A DNA stretch of 64,000 bases. It comes from an uncultured Acidimicrobiales bacterium (lineage in GTDB: Bacteria; Actinomycetota; Acidimicrobiia; Acidimicrobiales; SZUA-35). The stretch is from the NCBI GenBank assembly GCA_963715325.1, contig CAVQRR010000013.1, positions 113,642-177,641 of the forward strand, written 5' to 3'. Position numbers and translations under genes: made by a program. Shown here one piece after another: positions 62,136-64,000 of this stretch (positions are counted from its first letter, which is position 1; each line of letters begins with the position of its first letter). The notes beneath the pieces are model-generated. The model did not search any database, was not told the DNA's origin, and saw nothing but the letters and a program-made list of their open reading frames with translations.

Positions 62136-62741
62136 TCACGAGTCCTCGGCCTGATCGTCGAGTAGGCCGGGCGGGACCTCGACCGTGATCGTCTCGGCGT
62201 CGTCGCCCCGGTGAAAGCTCAACGGCACGAGACGCCCATCGGCCAGCTCCAGCAGATCCGCTGCCGGGTTGTCGATCACCGAAACCACTTCTCCGTGGTC
62301 GACGCCGTACTGGTCGACGAGCCGCTTGCCGATCAGCTCGTGGACGAAGGCCACCACCTCGGTGGTCTGTTCTCCGGCGGTACCGGTCGCAAGCGCATCG
62401 GCGGTCAGAGGCTCGGCCGAGAGTGTGCGGCCTCGGATCTCTTCGGCGCTCTCCCTGCCGTCGACGCCCTCGAAGCTCATGAGCCACTTGTTCTTGTGGG
62501 CTCGGGCCGATCGCACCGACAACCATCGGTCCTCGGCCCAGAGCCCGGTACCGACTGCGGTCCTGGCCGCCACCATGTTCGTCGACAGACCGACCAGCAC
62601 CTCTCCACGGAGCCCGTGCACCTTGTCGATCCGACCCACCTCGAGCAGCCCTGCAGGTGCGTCGGCGGGCACGCCTGTCGGTTGCTCTCCTGAGCGGGAT
62701 GCTGGATCTCTCGAGCCAGGGGCTCTATTCGACGAACTCAA
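62136..62741 (-). CDS. rimM: Ribosome maturation factor RimM
   Basis: VGRIDKVHGLRGEV, PRC barrel and PPGLLD; position between khpA and trmD. Start uncertain. Confidence 0.92.
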   Translation of the reverse strand: MSSSNRAPGSRDPASRSGEQPTGVPADAPAGLLEVGRIDKVHGLRGEVLVGLSTNMVAARTAVGTGLWAEDRWLSVRSARAHKNKWLMSFEGVDGRESAEEIRGRTLSAEPLTADALATGTAGEQTTEVVAFVHELIGKRLVDQYGVDHGEVVSVIDNPAADLLELADGRLVPLSFHRGDDAETITVEVPPGLLDDQAEDS

Positions 62742-62979
62742 CCTCGGTCACCACGCCGTCTTTGGCTGCGGCGGCGCCGACCACGGTGCGGATGGCGGAG
62801 GCCACCCGACCACGACGACCGATGACCCGGCCCATGTCGTCGGCGTTGACCGAGACGTCGAGTCGGACCCGATCGCCGTCTGCGCTGGCCTCGATCGAGA
62901 CGTCGTCCGGTTCGCTGACCACCGATCGGCAGACCATCAACAGCACCGCTTCGGCACTTGGGGCCGGTGAGTCACTCAT
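62725..62979 (-). CDS. khpA: KH-domain RNA-binding protein
   Basis: DDMGRVIGRRGRVASAIR; rpsP-khpA-rimM synteny. Confidence 0.93.
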   Translation of the reverse strand: MSDSPAPSAEAVLLMVCRSVVSEPDDVSIEASADGDRVRLDVSVNADDMGRVIGRRGRVASAIRTVVGAAAAKDGVVTEVEFVE

Positions 62980-63063
62980 CTTCCAAACCTTTCAGCCGGC
63001 ACACGGACCGCAGGCCGTCGATGTTTCCGACTCGAGCCGGACCCACACCACAACCAGGTGCAT

Positions 63064-63432
63064 TCACGCCCCAGGTTCGCCGGTCACGCGTCGGCCCCGG
63101 AGGCAACCGGTTCGCTCGCAGGCCGCAGCCTCGGCTTCCGTCTTGGCCTGCGCCTCGAGCTCGGCCACCGTCGTGCCGCTCTCGAACGCTTCCCAGGCGC
63201 CGGACACGCTGAGCAGTTTCTTGACACGATCCGAGGGTTGTGCGCCTTCCCGCAGCCAATGCACGGCCTTGGCGTTGTCGATCTTGATCTCCGACGGCTC
63301 GGAGCGGGGATTGTAGGTTCCAACGATCTCGATGAAACGACCGTCTCGGGGCGAACGCGCGTCGGCGGCGACCACTCGGTAGGTAGGTTGCTTCTTCTTG
63401 CCCATCCGCATCAGGCGCAGTCGAACGGCCAC
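63064..63432 (-). CDS. rpsP: 30S ribosomal protein S16 (tail probably frameshifted; corrected stop at 63084)
   Basis: [29 protein letters not shown] and GAQPSDRV. Confidence 0.97.
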   Translation of the reverse strand: MAVRLRLMRMGKKKQPTYRVVAADARSPRDGRFIEIVGTYNPRSEPSEIKIDNAKAVHWLREGAQPSDRVKKLLSVSGAWEAFESGTTVAELEAQAKTEAEAAACERTGCLRGRRVTGEPGA

Positions 63433-63574
63433 GTGTGTTCTCTTCTCTGGTTCTCGGTGTATCGAATCGGGGCCGGCGCAGGAAGGGCCGGCGGTCAAGC
63501 AACTTACGAGGTTACCCCGCTACGTGGCTTAACAGGCACTTCGAGCGCAGGGAACCGACCCGGTGGCGAGCCGG

Positions 63575-64000
63575 TCAACGGGCGTCGAAACCGTCGAGTT
63601 CCTCGGCCATCCGGTCGAGGTCGAGGTCGTCGAGGCGATCGAGTCCGGGCAGCATCAGGGGGGCTTTCGTCGACTTCTCGCCCTTCGGCGTGACCCTGCC
63701 GCCGCCCTTGGCCTGCGCCCTGCCGCCCTTGGCCGTCACCCGGCCACCCTTCTTGCCTCGCTTCGACTTCTTGGCGTCCTTGCGTCGATTCTTCTTCGCC
63801 TTCTTCGTGCCCATGCCGCCGAAGCGCTTCATCATCTTGCGCATTTCGCTGAACTGGGAGATCAGACCGGCGACCTGGGTGGGATTGGTTCCCGATCCGG
63901 CGGCGATCCTGGCCCGCCGGGAGGTGTCGATGAGGTCGGGATTGTTGCGCTCGTCCATCGTCATCGATTTGATGATGGCCTCGATCCGGCCGACCTCACG
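63575..64000 (-). CDS. ffh: Signal recognition particle protein Ffh, C-terminal part (runs off the window)
   Basis: [11 protein letters not shown] and [12 protein letters not shown]-domain; ffh-rpsP synteny; Lys/Gly-rich tail. Confidence 0.93.
   Translation of the reverse strand, partial: REVGRIEAIIKSMTMDERNNPDLIDTSRRARIAAGSGTNPTQVAGLISQFSEMRKMMKRFGGMGTKKAKKNRRKDAKKSKRGKKGGRVTAKGGRAQAKGGGRVTPKGEKSTKAPLMLPGLDRLDDLDLDRMAEELDGFDAR

Noticed and set aside
1-64000. tRNA, rRNA, prophage, integrase, transposase or defence genes
   Set aside because: None recognised. GGTTCGA motifs in the interspersed repeat resemble a T-loop but have no cloverleaf context.

Overview
High-GC actinobacterial core-genome window. 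Gene content and order suggest class Acidimicrobiia (inference). It is mostly a minus-strand housekeeping tract: ffh(partial)-rpsP-khpA-rimM-trmD-rplS-DUF2469-yraN-[cyt c]-comM-dprA-whiG-M23 / rpsB-tsf-pyrH-frr-cdsA-dxr-rseP-ispG / rimP-nusA-ylxR-infB-DUF503-rbfA-truB-ribF / rpsO-FkbM-pnp-dapB / SURF1-wHTH-dapA-rnj-ftsK ... rimO-pgsA-hydrolase-cinA. A block with LexA-boxed recA, a CBS-less GMP reductase/IMPDH and an ABC-2 exporter follows. I saw no rRNA, tRNA, CRISPR array, transposase or defence system. The best unexplained signals are: (1) a ~140-190 bp interspersed repeat at three loci, each starting at a stop codon, with a hairpin showing compensatory base changes; (2) a highly structured ~165-nt leader before the purine-nucleotide reductase gene; (3) many VNTRs and long low-complexity extensions on core proteins; (4) many single-base frameshifts mostly confined to non-conserved segments, probably assembly indels; (5) a GNAT gene broken by an in-frame TAG at a conserved Trp position. 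All product calls come from motif recognition and synteny, not database searches.
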